From the human T2T-CHM13v2.0 reference genome, Homo sapiens, in NCBI RefSeq assembly GCF_009914755.1, contig NC_060947.1: DNA of 64,000 nucleotides; one strand, 5' to 3'. The first letter of the stretch is position 1. The number at the start of each line of letters is the position of its first letter. Below the pieces are notes generated by a model. That model was not told where the DNA came from. It did no database searches and saw nothing but the letters and a program-made list of their open reading frames with translations. A program made the position numbers and the translations under genes. Positions 12,197 to 22,755 of this stretch are shown piece after piece.

Positions 12197-13730
12197 GACG
12201 ACTCTTGTTCAGAAGTAGCATCCTTTGAGCAGGGATGGGGAGGATGGGATCCCAGAGGCATGAGGGAGGGAGGGACAGTATGAGTGGCCTCAGCTGAGAA
12301 ACTCACCCATGATGGCTCTGACAAAGGCCAACTTACAGCTCTTCTTCTCTTAAGGTGGTGCTCTAGGGCCTCACAGGTGTCCTGTCTTCATAAGGGGTTT
12401 GTTCCCTAGGAACCTGTAGGAGGATGTGAGACAGCACCTCGGGGCACAGATGGCAGGCAGAGCCCCAGACTCGGAAACTGGAAGTAGGTGAGTAGTGCCG
12501 GGTGCTTCGTGGTGGGAGGTCACTGTCCTTCCACAGAGTTCTCTTCTCGTTGAATGGCCAGCCCTGGGATTCCTCCCTCTGCTTGACTGAAGCTGCCCTC
12601 CTCTGAGAAATAGTCCCCTCTGGCTGACCCCTAAAATGGAAGTCAGAAAGTTGTACATCTGGCATCCCTGATGTCCTCCAGAGCTGGCTGCAGGCACAGG
12701 GACAGGGGAGGGGCACTGTCATCCATGGCATTCCCTTCCAACTTTGCTAGGGGCTGCGCCTGGACTCCTGAAACTGCCTGGGCTGCCTGCCTCTGGCCAT
12801 CTGAGTCTTTCACCTCTGAATAAGCCCCTCCCATCCCTGAGACCTGCAAGGTAGAAGAGAGGGAGAATCGCATCCATCCACAGTGGGAATGGGCCTCCCA
12901 GGGCCTGTACTCCCTCCCTCTTCTGTCCAGACAGCAACCTTTCTTCTAAAATCCATTACAAATCCTTCCACTTTACTGCTGTGTGTGAAGTTAATATCAG
13001 CTCTCACCTAGCCTATGTCAAAGGCTTCCTTATTGTTGCTTCTTTTCTTATTCTTGTCCCAGAAAAACCCATCATCTGTTCAGCAGCCCGGGATCCTTTT
13101 AAAAATCCAATTCGTGATTATTTTTTTAATATACACATATCAGATTTAACTATGATGTGAAGTTATATGTGTTTTGGCAAATGCATTGAGTCCTACATCT
13201 ACCTCCCAAGTATCATACTGACCAGTTCCATCACCCTCAAAGTCCCATGTGCATCCGGTTTGAGGTCAGTCACTACATTTCTCCACAGCTCCTAGTAACT
13301 ATGCACTCTTTTCAGTTCACATTGTTTTAACCTTCACAATTTGTCATATGAATAAGTCCATAAAATATGAGTTTAAAAGTGTGGCTGTATCATTTTTCAT
13401 CACAACTAGCAAGGAGTGAGAATTCCCGTTGTTCCATATCCTCTCTTACATTTGGCATTTTAGATTGTCAGATTGCAGTCATTCAAATAAGTATACATTC
13501 CAATTTTTTTTGTTTTTTGTTTGCATCTCCCTAATGACAAATGACGTTATATGCCTCTTTGCAATGGGTGTACCCTCTTGGGTAAAATGTCTGTTCAAAT
13601 CATTTGCATCTTTTAAAAAACGAATAGACTTCATTTTTACAGCATTGTTAATCCAAAAATACAAAGAGAAAACCTCTTCAAAAGTACAGAGAATTCCTAC
13701 ATATCTACACCATCCTCCTGCCCTGCCCCA

Positions 13731-13746
13731 TGTGTGCACGCACGCG

Positions 13747-13786
<40 letters not shown>
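13731..13786. repeat. (CG)n(CA)n alternating purine-pyrimidine microsatellite
   Basis: tgtgtgcacgcacgcgcgcgcgcgc(ac)n; paralogous CA tracts at ~4417-4464 and ~23578-23590. Confidence 0.95.
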
Positions 13787-13788
<2 letters not shown>

Positions 13789-16700
13789 CTCCTATTATTT
13801 ACATTTTGTATTATTATGGCATGTTTGTTACAGTTGATTTGACCTCCACTGATGCCTCATTATTAAGTAAAGTCCACAGTTTACATCAGGACTCACTCAA
13901 CATTGGGGATGCTATACGTTTTGATACGTGTGTAATGGCAAGTATTCATGATTCCAGTATCATACAGAGTTGTTTCACCATCCTAAATCTCCTGCGTACT
14001 CCACCTATTTATCAATCCCCCATGTCCTACCCCCAACCCATCAGCCCGTGGAAACTACTGATATTCATAGTTGCCTGTTCAACAATATTGTATGAGTGGA
14101 ATCATACATTACGTCTCCTTTTTAGCTATTCTTCTTTCACTTAGCAATATGCATTCACGATTCCTCCAGGTCTATCTCACTAACAGTGCCTGAAAGTTCC
14201 TGTTGTTCAACATGCATGTCAACATTTGATGTTTCAGTGTTTGGGAATTCAGCCATTCTCCTGGGTGTAGAGTGCTATCTCCTAGGTGCTTTAATTTGCA
14301 ATTCTCTAATGCCATATGACATTGAACAGTTTTCTTATACATGCTTATTTTCCATCCCTATATAGTTATTCTTTGGTGGGGTGCCTGTTCAGACTTTTTT
14401 TGCCCATTTTAAATTGGGTTTCTGTTTTCTTATGATTGGGTTTTCAGAGTTTTGTGCATATTAAAATACATATCTTTTATCAGATATATGTATCAAAGAA
14501 TACTTATCCCTTTCTCTTGCTTGTCTTTTCATTATCTTAGCAGTATCTTTTCACAGTGGAAGTATTTAATTTTATTAGAGTCCATTTTTTCTCTTTATCT
14601 TAGATTGCTGGTATTTTTAGTGTTTCATCTGAAAAATTCCTCATCACACCCAAGGTCACCTAGTGTTTGCACCCATAAGTTTGACCAACATTTAACATTG
14701 TGATAAAATGCTTGTAAAAATGGATCATTTCCCCATGGACAAATGTGTGAGGAAATTAACTGGTGAAACATTTTGGGAGAAAGCCCTCAACATTATAAAA
14801 AATACAAAATATTCATACTCTGTTCACACTCACTCAGTTTTCACATTAATATGCATTCCTTATAAGTAATTGTATGCATTTATCCCAGAATTTATGCTTA
14901 AATATGCTGATTGTATTTATTATAGCTGCAAAAGAGAAGCACATGTGTGTTCATGAGGAGGAGATTTGTTCAGTGTGTTAATGCAAGAAATAAATGGGAA
15001 TTCTAGGGAGTAGGTCCGAAAGTAAGATAAATGTATATGTGCTGTGAGGCAAAGATTTTGGATCCATTTGAATAAGTGAGTATATTGGTTTGTTAGGCCT
15101 GCCATAGCAAAGTACCTCAACCTGGATGACATAAACAACAGACATTTATTGTCTCATAGTTTTGGAGTCTGGTAGTCAAAGAGCAAGGCGTTCACAAGGT
15201 TGGTTCCTGCTGAGGGCTGTGAGGGAAGAATGTTTTCCGGGCCTCTCTCCTTGCCTTGTAGATGGCTGTCTTCAATCCATACATGCTCACATTGTCATCC
15301 CTCTACTCATATCTCTATGTCCAAATTTCTCTTCTTAATAATGACTCCCATGATATTTAATTAGGGCCAGCATTAATAACCTCATTTTAACTTGATTGCC
15401 TCTGAAATAATCCTATCTCCAAATAATGCCACATTTTAATATAAACGGAATTTAACCTATGATAGTGCAAAGGTAACTCACATATCTATATGTATATCAT
15501 TACCCATGTATAGTTATATTTATAGACACACATATATTAACATATATGTAATCTCTGTGTGTGTGTTTCTGTATTACCACATCTGTCATTTAAAATCTTG
15601 AAATCAGCTTCTAAAATTTACACACCACATTGTTAATTGTGCGAACTTCTGAGTAAGAGCTGAATCTTGGAGAAACTTAACAAAGGGAAGAAATGTGGTT
15701 TCTGTGTATTTTTAGAATTTTTTGCAACAATAATATATGCAGTATTTATTTGTGAGAAAAGCATTAAAGTAAGCCTAAGAAAAGGAAGAGTAGTGGTGTA
15801 GTAGTCAGATAAAGTAATAGTAAGCTGATGAAATGAAAAAATTTCCTGAAATTTACATAGCCTAACATGTTTAAATTCCGATTTTAGTTGACAGCGTGTT
15901 ATGGGCTGAGTTCCACCTCTCCCTCCAAAGGCATATATCCAAGTCTTAAACCCCCAGTACCTCAGAATGTCACTGTATTTGGAGACAGAGCCTTTGAAGA
16001 GGTAATTAAGTTAAAATGAGGTCTTATTACTAGAGTCTTATTCAATATTACTGGTAGGTGTCCTCATAAGAAGAGGAGATTAGGATACAGACACACAGAC
16101 CAAGGGACAACCATGTAAAAATTCAGTGAGAAAGTGGCCATCTGCAAGTCAAGGAGAGGCCACAGAAGAAATCAACTGGCAAAAATCTTGTTGTTGGATT
16201 TTTAGCCTCCAGAAATGTGAGAAAATACATGGGTGTTGTTTAAGTCACCCAGTCTGTGGTATGTTGTTATGGTATAATAAACTAATACACAGTGAGTCTT
16301 GGCTCTCACATTACCCAGGTATCCTAGCTGCTTTCAACTTGTAGCTTTACATCATAACAGATGTTAACTGCTGAAAAGAAACAAAAGCATTGGAAGGATA
16401 CACTGGCTTCTGTCTAATTGCAAATGAACCAATCAGGAAGACAAGTTAGACAAGAAGGAGATTGGCAATTGTAATGTCTCACATAAGCCATTATGGTGCG
16501 CAATTAAAAGCACCTATTATAATTTATGACAGTAAGTCTTTTAATTTCTTGGAATTGTTTATGAGAAAGCCAGCATTGCCTTGAAATCTTCCCCTTTTTA
16601 TTGCACCTACTAGGTGATTGGCGGTTTCAAAGAAAGCATTACAACAATAGGTTTTAAAACAATTCTGTAAGTCTTGGCAAGGAGGTCAACCTTATTCTCT

Positions 16701-19055
16701 CAGCACTTTACTGCACTGTCCTTTTTATAACAAACATGATTTCTTTAGGCTGAGAATCCTCTCATGCCTTTTGGTGTATATCCTACCCTGAGAGCCTCTG
16801 CTACCCTTCATATAACTGAACATTCTTGAACAACTGCACATGTGCCTGTGGCGCACTGCAAACCAGGATTTTCCTGTGCGGCAGGTATGCAAAGGACAAT
16901 GGAAAGATGGTCAACCATTGTTTCCTTTGCTCATCAGAGCTAGCCAAGGAACCATTGTCACCTCCTAGGCAGTATTCAGGATTTTGTTATTTTTCTATTT
17001 TTCAGAAATTCAACTCCTTGTCATTTATTTACAAAGTGATTCCCATAGTCTCATCTCATATACCAAGTTTATGAAGGAAGCTTTGGCTTTTGACCACCTA
17101 GTATAGCTCATTCATCTGTGTATCTCTTCAGTGGCCTGTTTCAAACAATGTTACTACAAATATCATATATTAAAATCCTAATACAAATATCAAATATTAG
17201 GATGATCTCAAAAACTCTCTTACCCTAGGATTACATGTCTAGAATCAGTATATTATGTGGCAAATCAGATTCTACTCACCACCCTATGTGGGAGTATTTT
17301 GAGAGTGTTTGAAGATGCCCAGAATAGATATGGAATTGTCACTATCCAAACTGAAAATTTACATCGAATTACTTTTATCACACAGGAGCCGGCAGGGAGG
17401 GATGGATCAGTCAGGGAACTTCTGCAGGGATGAGGAGGCGTCTATGTCAGGGGAAGGACTGCGATTCTGGGCTGTTCACTGGAAGCGGCGCACAGCCTTC
17501 ACAGAGAGATTGTAGGGACGAGCTGGTCAGCAGGACAGGTTCCAGAGTTACTCAAGAGAGCACACAGGAGAGATCAGAAGGAGGATGCTGTTAAGTGGGA
17601 AAGTGCTGAGGCTGGACAGTCAGCTCTCAAGAAACCTAGGGCTCAGAATAGGAGCAGGTAAACAAAGCCCACAATGATCCCCAAATTGTATTTATTCTCA
17701 TTGTCACCATTCTTCTCCCAGACTACCTGAATACCTTGGACACAGGGTTCATCTTTATGTCATCTGAGAGATGATAGCAAGTGTGCAGAGAAGTGTAGCT
17801 TAAAACGCAAAGGCCTTCCTCAGGCTGGGAAGAGAGGAACAGTATGAATCAAGATGAATTCAGAGCAAGGCTCAAGTGCCAGCACTGTCACTTTCTAGCC
17901 GTGTGATCTTACTGAATTTATCAAGGACTATGAGCCTCAGGTTCTTCATCTATAAAAGGGGTTTCATAAGCCCTGCCTTAGAATTGCTGGATGTTTATAA
18001 TGTGAGTAAAACACCTGGCACAGTGCCAAGCATATACTGGAATTTTAACAAATGGCAGTTGTTATCAATATGATTATAACCTCAAGGGTACCACTGTCTT
18101 TTATGAAAAATTTCACTCCTGTTTTATGATCCAAAACATCTCAGAGCATATTTAGCTGACTACGTCATGGAGTACCAACTCAACCAAAAATCTGGCTTCA
18201 TAAATAAAACTCAGTACATTTTCTTTCCAAAATGATATACTGTATAACTTGGGTAAGTGGAGAATTACCCAAGTGGAATGCAACTCAATGATCCCGGAAT
18301 TTGAGTCAAGGACCAACTCCTTTTTGCCTTCCCCAGTGCTCGTCGATCCAAAGCACTATTTTTATGTATCCTCCACTAAAAATCTAGCCCTTGCTTGGAG
18401 TTGCCCACATTAAATTCAAAATAACCTAATTCAGTGGCCTTTCCATGGAGTAGGCTCTGGCTCTCCCATGCCAGGTAAGTGAGTGCCAGCCTAGAGGCTT
18501 CTGGGCACCACTTCAAGGAATTATCACCACATTTCTCAGGAAACTCTTGCAGATGATGGGTATCAATCACCTAGTCCTTGCACTGTGTTCAAGCTCACCA
18601 GTTACAGAGCCACAGGACACCTTCCATGACTTCCCCAGGTGGATACTCCTCTCTGCTTCATCCTCCACCCAGAAGCAACTGCTCAGAGCAATTTTCCATT
18701 CCAGGCTCTTCCCTCACCCTCTGAGAGTCTGGTCCCTGCCACCACCCAGCTTCGTAACTACCACCTCCCAGAGAAGCAACTGCAGTTTTCCAAAGCCCCA
18801 AGCTGCCTTATCTCAAGACCTTTATACTTGAAGGCTTGCATCTGGAGTCTCACCTCCCCAGCCCCTTTTTAACTTGTTCTTTAGATTGTAGAGAACATCT
18901 TACCACCTTCTTAATATGGCTTCTGCTCCTAGACTCTACTGTTTTACGGGTAGAGATAAGTCATGCTTTTATTAGTATCCCCAATACTAACAGTGACTTC
19001 CACAAGCAAATACTAAAAGAATGTTCAGCAAATAAAGGAGTCAGTGGGGCTTTCT

Positions 19056-19061
19056 TTTATT
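19056..19061 (-). terminator. Probable MAGEC2 polyadenylation signal AATAAA
   Basis: tttatt on plus strand ~500 nt after the stop codon; matching signal retained in unit A at 10210-10219. Confidence 0.7.
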
Positions 19062-19564
19062 AAGATTTAATTTCTGCTACTTTCTTCAACAAGCTAAGCA
19101 AAGCCAGGTATATATAATTTTCAAGAACAAAAGAATAAGCAGGACAAGGAAATGAAACTACTGACCACCCTTCAATTTTGTTCCACTATTTAACTGCTGA
19201 GTTATTGCACATTGTAAAAAAAAAAAAAAATGCCTATTACAATACCACACTACCCTGTTACAGATCACAAAATAAGGGAGAAGGTATTTCCATTTTTTTA
19301 ACAAAATATCAAACTGTTACTCTTAAACCAGATAAAGAGCAATACATGTGCGACTAATATTCATAAATTAACACTCTGAAGCTAACTACCTGCTATTCAA
19401 AGGAAAAGCATTTAGAAAATACTGAAAAACAGGTAAATCTCTACATCACCCATATGGGACAGAAATGCAAAGAACACTACGTTCCTCGAGCCCCACCTGG
19501 CCCTCCACTACCTAGAACCTAAACTGCCCTGTTCAAACACAAGGGGAAGAAACTATCCTAGACT

Positions 19565-20686
19565 TCACTCAGAAAAGGAGACGTTGCTGGACATGACACT
19601 GAGGCTTTCACTGGCCATGACAGTGGCATCATCTGCGGTATCAATTGTGGCCTGGACTCTCTCTTCCACATCTTTCAAAGCATCCTTGTACCAGGATGGA
19701 AAGGAACTAGGAACAGTGTTGTTCAGCTTGGCTAAAAACTCTAGTACTTTCTTCTTGATGCTTTCTGAATGGGCTCTCGGACCCCACAGGAATTCATAAT
19801 ATGGAGGAGAACTGTGGGGCACCTCCCGATACTCCAGGTAATGTCCCTGCACCCAAACTTTAGTGAGGAGCTCCCTAGGCTCCCCATAGACGAAGTGCTC
19901 CCTCCCAGCATATACCCCTACTGCATTCAGCACTTCCCAGATGACCTCCTCAGAGGCACAGTTGCCCTTTATGAAGATCACACTCAGAATAATAATCAGG
20001 AGGCTGTTCTCGGGCATGCCCTCATCATCACTACCCTCATCGGTGAGGCCTACTGTGTTTGCAAACACACAGAAGTGGTCAGGGCCCACTTCTATCAGGG
20101 CAAGGCCAAAAAGAAGCTCCATGAACTCACGGGCTCTCTTGAGTATCACAGGAAAGTAATCTTTGTACTTGATGACAATCATCAGCATCTCTGCCTCTGT
20201 TACAGGCTCCTCTGCTTCGTATTTGAGGAGCAGGAACTCCACTAACTCGGCCACCTTTTCATCTAGTGTATATGTGAAAGAGGACTCACTGTCTGGCAGG
20301 CCCTGACAGGTGCCTGTATCCTCCCCTTTCTGGCTGCTGGACTCCTCACTGAATGAGCTCCATGAAAAAGAGGAGCAGCAGGAGCTCAGAGGACTCTGGG
20401 AAGGACCCTGTGGAGGACCCTGTGGAGGACTACTGGGAATGCTCTCGGTAAGATTTGGTATCACACCAGAGGGCACCTCCTCCTCCTCAGGACCACCAAG
20501 AATCAGAGAAGAGGATGTGGAGAAAGAAGAGGGGGAAAATACTAAGTACAAAGTGGAAGAGGCGGAGGAGGCTTCCTCCTCTTCCTCATCTGTGGGATGC
20601 TGTGCATCTACCCAGTCTTCTAACTCAACTGAGGTCGGGGAGTCGTTGTCAACGTTGCGGAATGGAACGCCTGGAACGGGAGGCAT
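19565..20686 (-). CDS. MAGEC2: Melanoma-associated antigen C2 (cancer-testis antigen CT10/HCA587), 373 aa, single coding exon
   Basis: Intact ORF MPPVPGVPFRNVDNDSPTSVELED...SSNVSFSE with an acidic/Ser/Pro-rich N-terminus and a MAGE homology domain (LDEKVAELVEFLLLKY...YEFLWGPRA); ATG at 20684-20686; sequence recognised as human MAGEC2. Confidence 0.97.
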   Translation of the reverse strand: MPPVPGVPFRNVDNDSPTSVELEDWVDAQHPTDEEEEEASSASSTLYLVFSPSSFSTSSSLILGGPEEEEVPSGVIPNLTESIPSSPPQGPPQGPSQSPLSSCCSSFSWSSFSEESSSQKGEDTGTCQGLPDSESSFTYTLDEKVAELVEFLLLKYEAEEPVTEAEMLMIVIKYKDYFPVILKRAREFMELLFGLALIEVGPDHFCVFANTVGLTDEGSDDEGMPENSLLIIILSVIFIKGNCASEEVIWEVLNAVGVYAGREHFVYGEPRELLTKVWVQGHYLEYREVPHSSPPYYEFLWGPRAHSESIKKKVLEFLAKLNNTVPSSFPSWYKDALKDVEERVQATIDTADDATVMASESLSVMSSNVSFSE

Positions 20687-20829
20687 GACGACTTCTTCAG
20701 GAGCAGCAGGTAAACGTATCAACAGGGATATGGATGATGAGATCCAACAGGCCTGTGGAAGAGAGTGACAGTGTGAGTGGCCTCAGCTGAGAAACTCACC
20801 CATGATGGCTCTGACAAAGGCCACCTTAC

Positions 20830-20906
20830 AGCTCTTCTTCTCTTAAGGTGGTGCTCTAGGGCCTCACAGGTCTCCTGTCTTCCTAGGGAGTTTGTCTGCT
20901 GGGAAC
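20830..20906 (-). other. MAGEC2: Predicted MAGEC2 5'-UTR exon, followed by a 77-nt intron (20753-20829) that may be retained
   Basis: Acceptor CCTCCTACAG|GTTCCC; donor GAGCT|GTAAGG; final-exon acceptor CTCTCTTCCACAG|GCCTG at 20752; layout typical of type I MAGE genes. Confidence 0.6.
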
Positions 20907-21060
20907 CTGTAGGAGGATGTGGGAACACACCTCAGGGCACAGCTGGCAGGCAGAGCCTGAGACCCCAGGAGTGACAATAGGTGGGTAGGGCCGGGTGCTG
21001 TGGGGTCTCCTCTGTTTCTGGGGGTAGGGCCCTTGGTACACAGCCAGGGTGTGCACTCAC

Positions 21061-21154
21061 CTTGACTCCTGGCACTGCCTGGGCCTCCTCTGCTGTGCTG
21101 ACTTTAGGCTGTGTGCCTCACACCCAGTTTGTCACCACCTGGTTCCTGGAGCAC
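21061..21154 (-). other. MAGEC2: Predicted MAGEC2 5'-UTR exon 2 (94 nt)
   Basis: Acceptor CTTCCTCTTGCAG|GTGCTC and donor CAAG|GTGAGT. Confidence 0.75.
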
Positions 21155-21883
21155 CTGCAAGAGGAAGTGAGGGAGCCCCTCAGGCTAAAGACTGCAAGTA
21201 GGGTCTTGGGCCTGCTAGGGCTGACAGCTGGGGCTGGCCAGAATCCCAGAGCCTCATAGTTCTGGACTGCATGGCCCCCTCAGAATTTAATTAGCAACTT
21301 CACGGCTTCTCAGAGAGGGCCGAGCCTCCACCACTCTGCTGGCCTAAGGCAAAACCTCAGAGCAACCGCCACATCCCTGAGAGCAGTGGGAGGTAGGGCG
21401 GTGGCAGCCACCTCCCAGCACTCTACCATGGGGGCAGTCGGGGTAGCCTCACGTCCGTTCTGATGCACATGTGACTCCTCAGTCTTATCCCCAGCAGGGC
21501 CTGGGAATCTTCCCTCTGCCAACCAGAGGCAGCTCCCCGTGCTGACTTGCCATGGGACCCTCAGACCAAGGCCTCCGCCTCCCCTACGCCACTCACCCAG
21601 GAATAAGATGGCTGCCACCCCGCCTGAGCTGACTGGGGAGCTCTACGAGGGCTGATACTTGAGGAGCAGGGTGGGAATCTCTGGGAATCTGCCCTCTGAG
21701 GTGGGGGTTCCCCCAGCCCTCCTCAGTGTCTTCCTATTTATTCCCTAGAGGGCCGGCACCTCCTCCCTTCTTCTGGGGCCATTTCCCTGTCTGGGACCTA
21801 CCAGTCTCACGGCAGCGCAGTACAGGCCGGGGTTTCTTCTCTCTATGGTGGGAGGTCCCTCAGTTCTTCCTCAGGGCCCTCAC

Positions 21884-21990
21884 CCTGAGGACTGGCCAGG
21901 TCTAAGACTCTTCCCCCCGCTAACTTGATTCGCGCCTCCTCACAAATGCCTTCGATCCGTCAGATTCCCAAGATGGCCGTCGGGAAAGCA
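21884..21990 (-). other. MAGEC2: Predicted MAGEC2 non-coding exon 1 (TSS approximate)
   Basis: Donor CAGG|GTGAGG at 21884/21883 just downstream of the CpG-rich promoter; TSS cannot be fixed from sequence alone. Confidence 0.6.
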
Positions 21991-22080
21991 CATCCGGGAA
22001 CCCTGCCGTGGTTGTCCAGGGCTGACGCAGCGTCAATGTGGGGCGGGGCCTCCTCTCTGAGGAGGAACCACCCCCCACCT
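21930..22080 (-). promoter_or_regulatory. MAGEC2 CpG-containing promoter
   Basis: Local CpG cluster; ETS-like CCGGATG (21991-21997); palindrome TGACGC-A-GCGTCA (22023-22035); GC box GGGGCGGGG (22040-22048); YY1-like CAAGATGGC (21969-21977). Confidence 0.7.
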
Positions 22081-22755
22081 CTCTGCTTTTTTTCCATCCC
22101 TTCCTCCCCACCTCCCAGCTGCCCTCCAACCCTTCCTGCTCACTCCCTAAGCCTTGCGGACCTCTTCACTCCCACCTCCCCAGTCCTTGACACCCCACTC
22201 TCCTTTTTCCAGGGGTGTCAGCAGGGAGTGGCTTGGTGCAGTCTGCGCCTCCCCTCCGTGTTGGGAGGTCACCGTCCTTCCACATCTCTCTTGTTTTTTG
22301 GCCAGTTCTGGGACTTCTTTCTCTGCTTAACTGAAGCTGCCCTCCTCAGAGACAACAGCCTCCCCTTCTGCTGACTCTCAAAATGGAAGTCAGAAAATTG
22401 TACATCTGGGGACCCTGATGGGGTCCTCCAGAGCTGGCAGCAGGGACAGGGGAGGGGCACTACCAGTCATGGGTGTTCCCTTCCAGCCTTCCTGAGAGGC
22501 TGTGCCTGGACTCCTGATACTGCCTGGGATGCCTGACCCTGTGCATCTGAGTCTTTCACCTCCGAATAAGCCCCTCCCATCCCTGAGACCTGCAAGGTGC
22601 AAGAGAGGGAGAATCACATCCATCCACAGTGGGATAGGGCCTCCTAGCCCTAAGGCAGGCCTCCACTGCCCTCTGAAATGGGGTGGGAATGCCCCTCTGT
22701 CTTTCTCAAGGTATGACTCCTAAAAGAGCCTATACTCCTTCCTTCTCCTGTCCAG

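Larger units (their letters stand above)
12931..22755. repeat. MAGE-C tandem segmental unit B (contains MAGEC2)
   Basis: Begins at the junction tgtccag|acagcaac; colinear with unit A. Confidence 0.92.

Noticed and set aside
20687-20722. 12-aa N-terminal extension of MAGEC2 (385 aa in the ORF track)
   Set aside because: Starts at TTG. The first in-frame ATG (GTCATGC, 20686) gives the known 373 aa protein and aligns with the pseudogene start position.
19584-20768. Several plus-strand ORFs (up to 158 aa) antisense to MAGEC2, and similar ones over the pseudogene
   Set aside because: Shadow ORFs of a GC-rich coding strand; no independent promoter, splice or homology evidence
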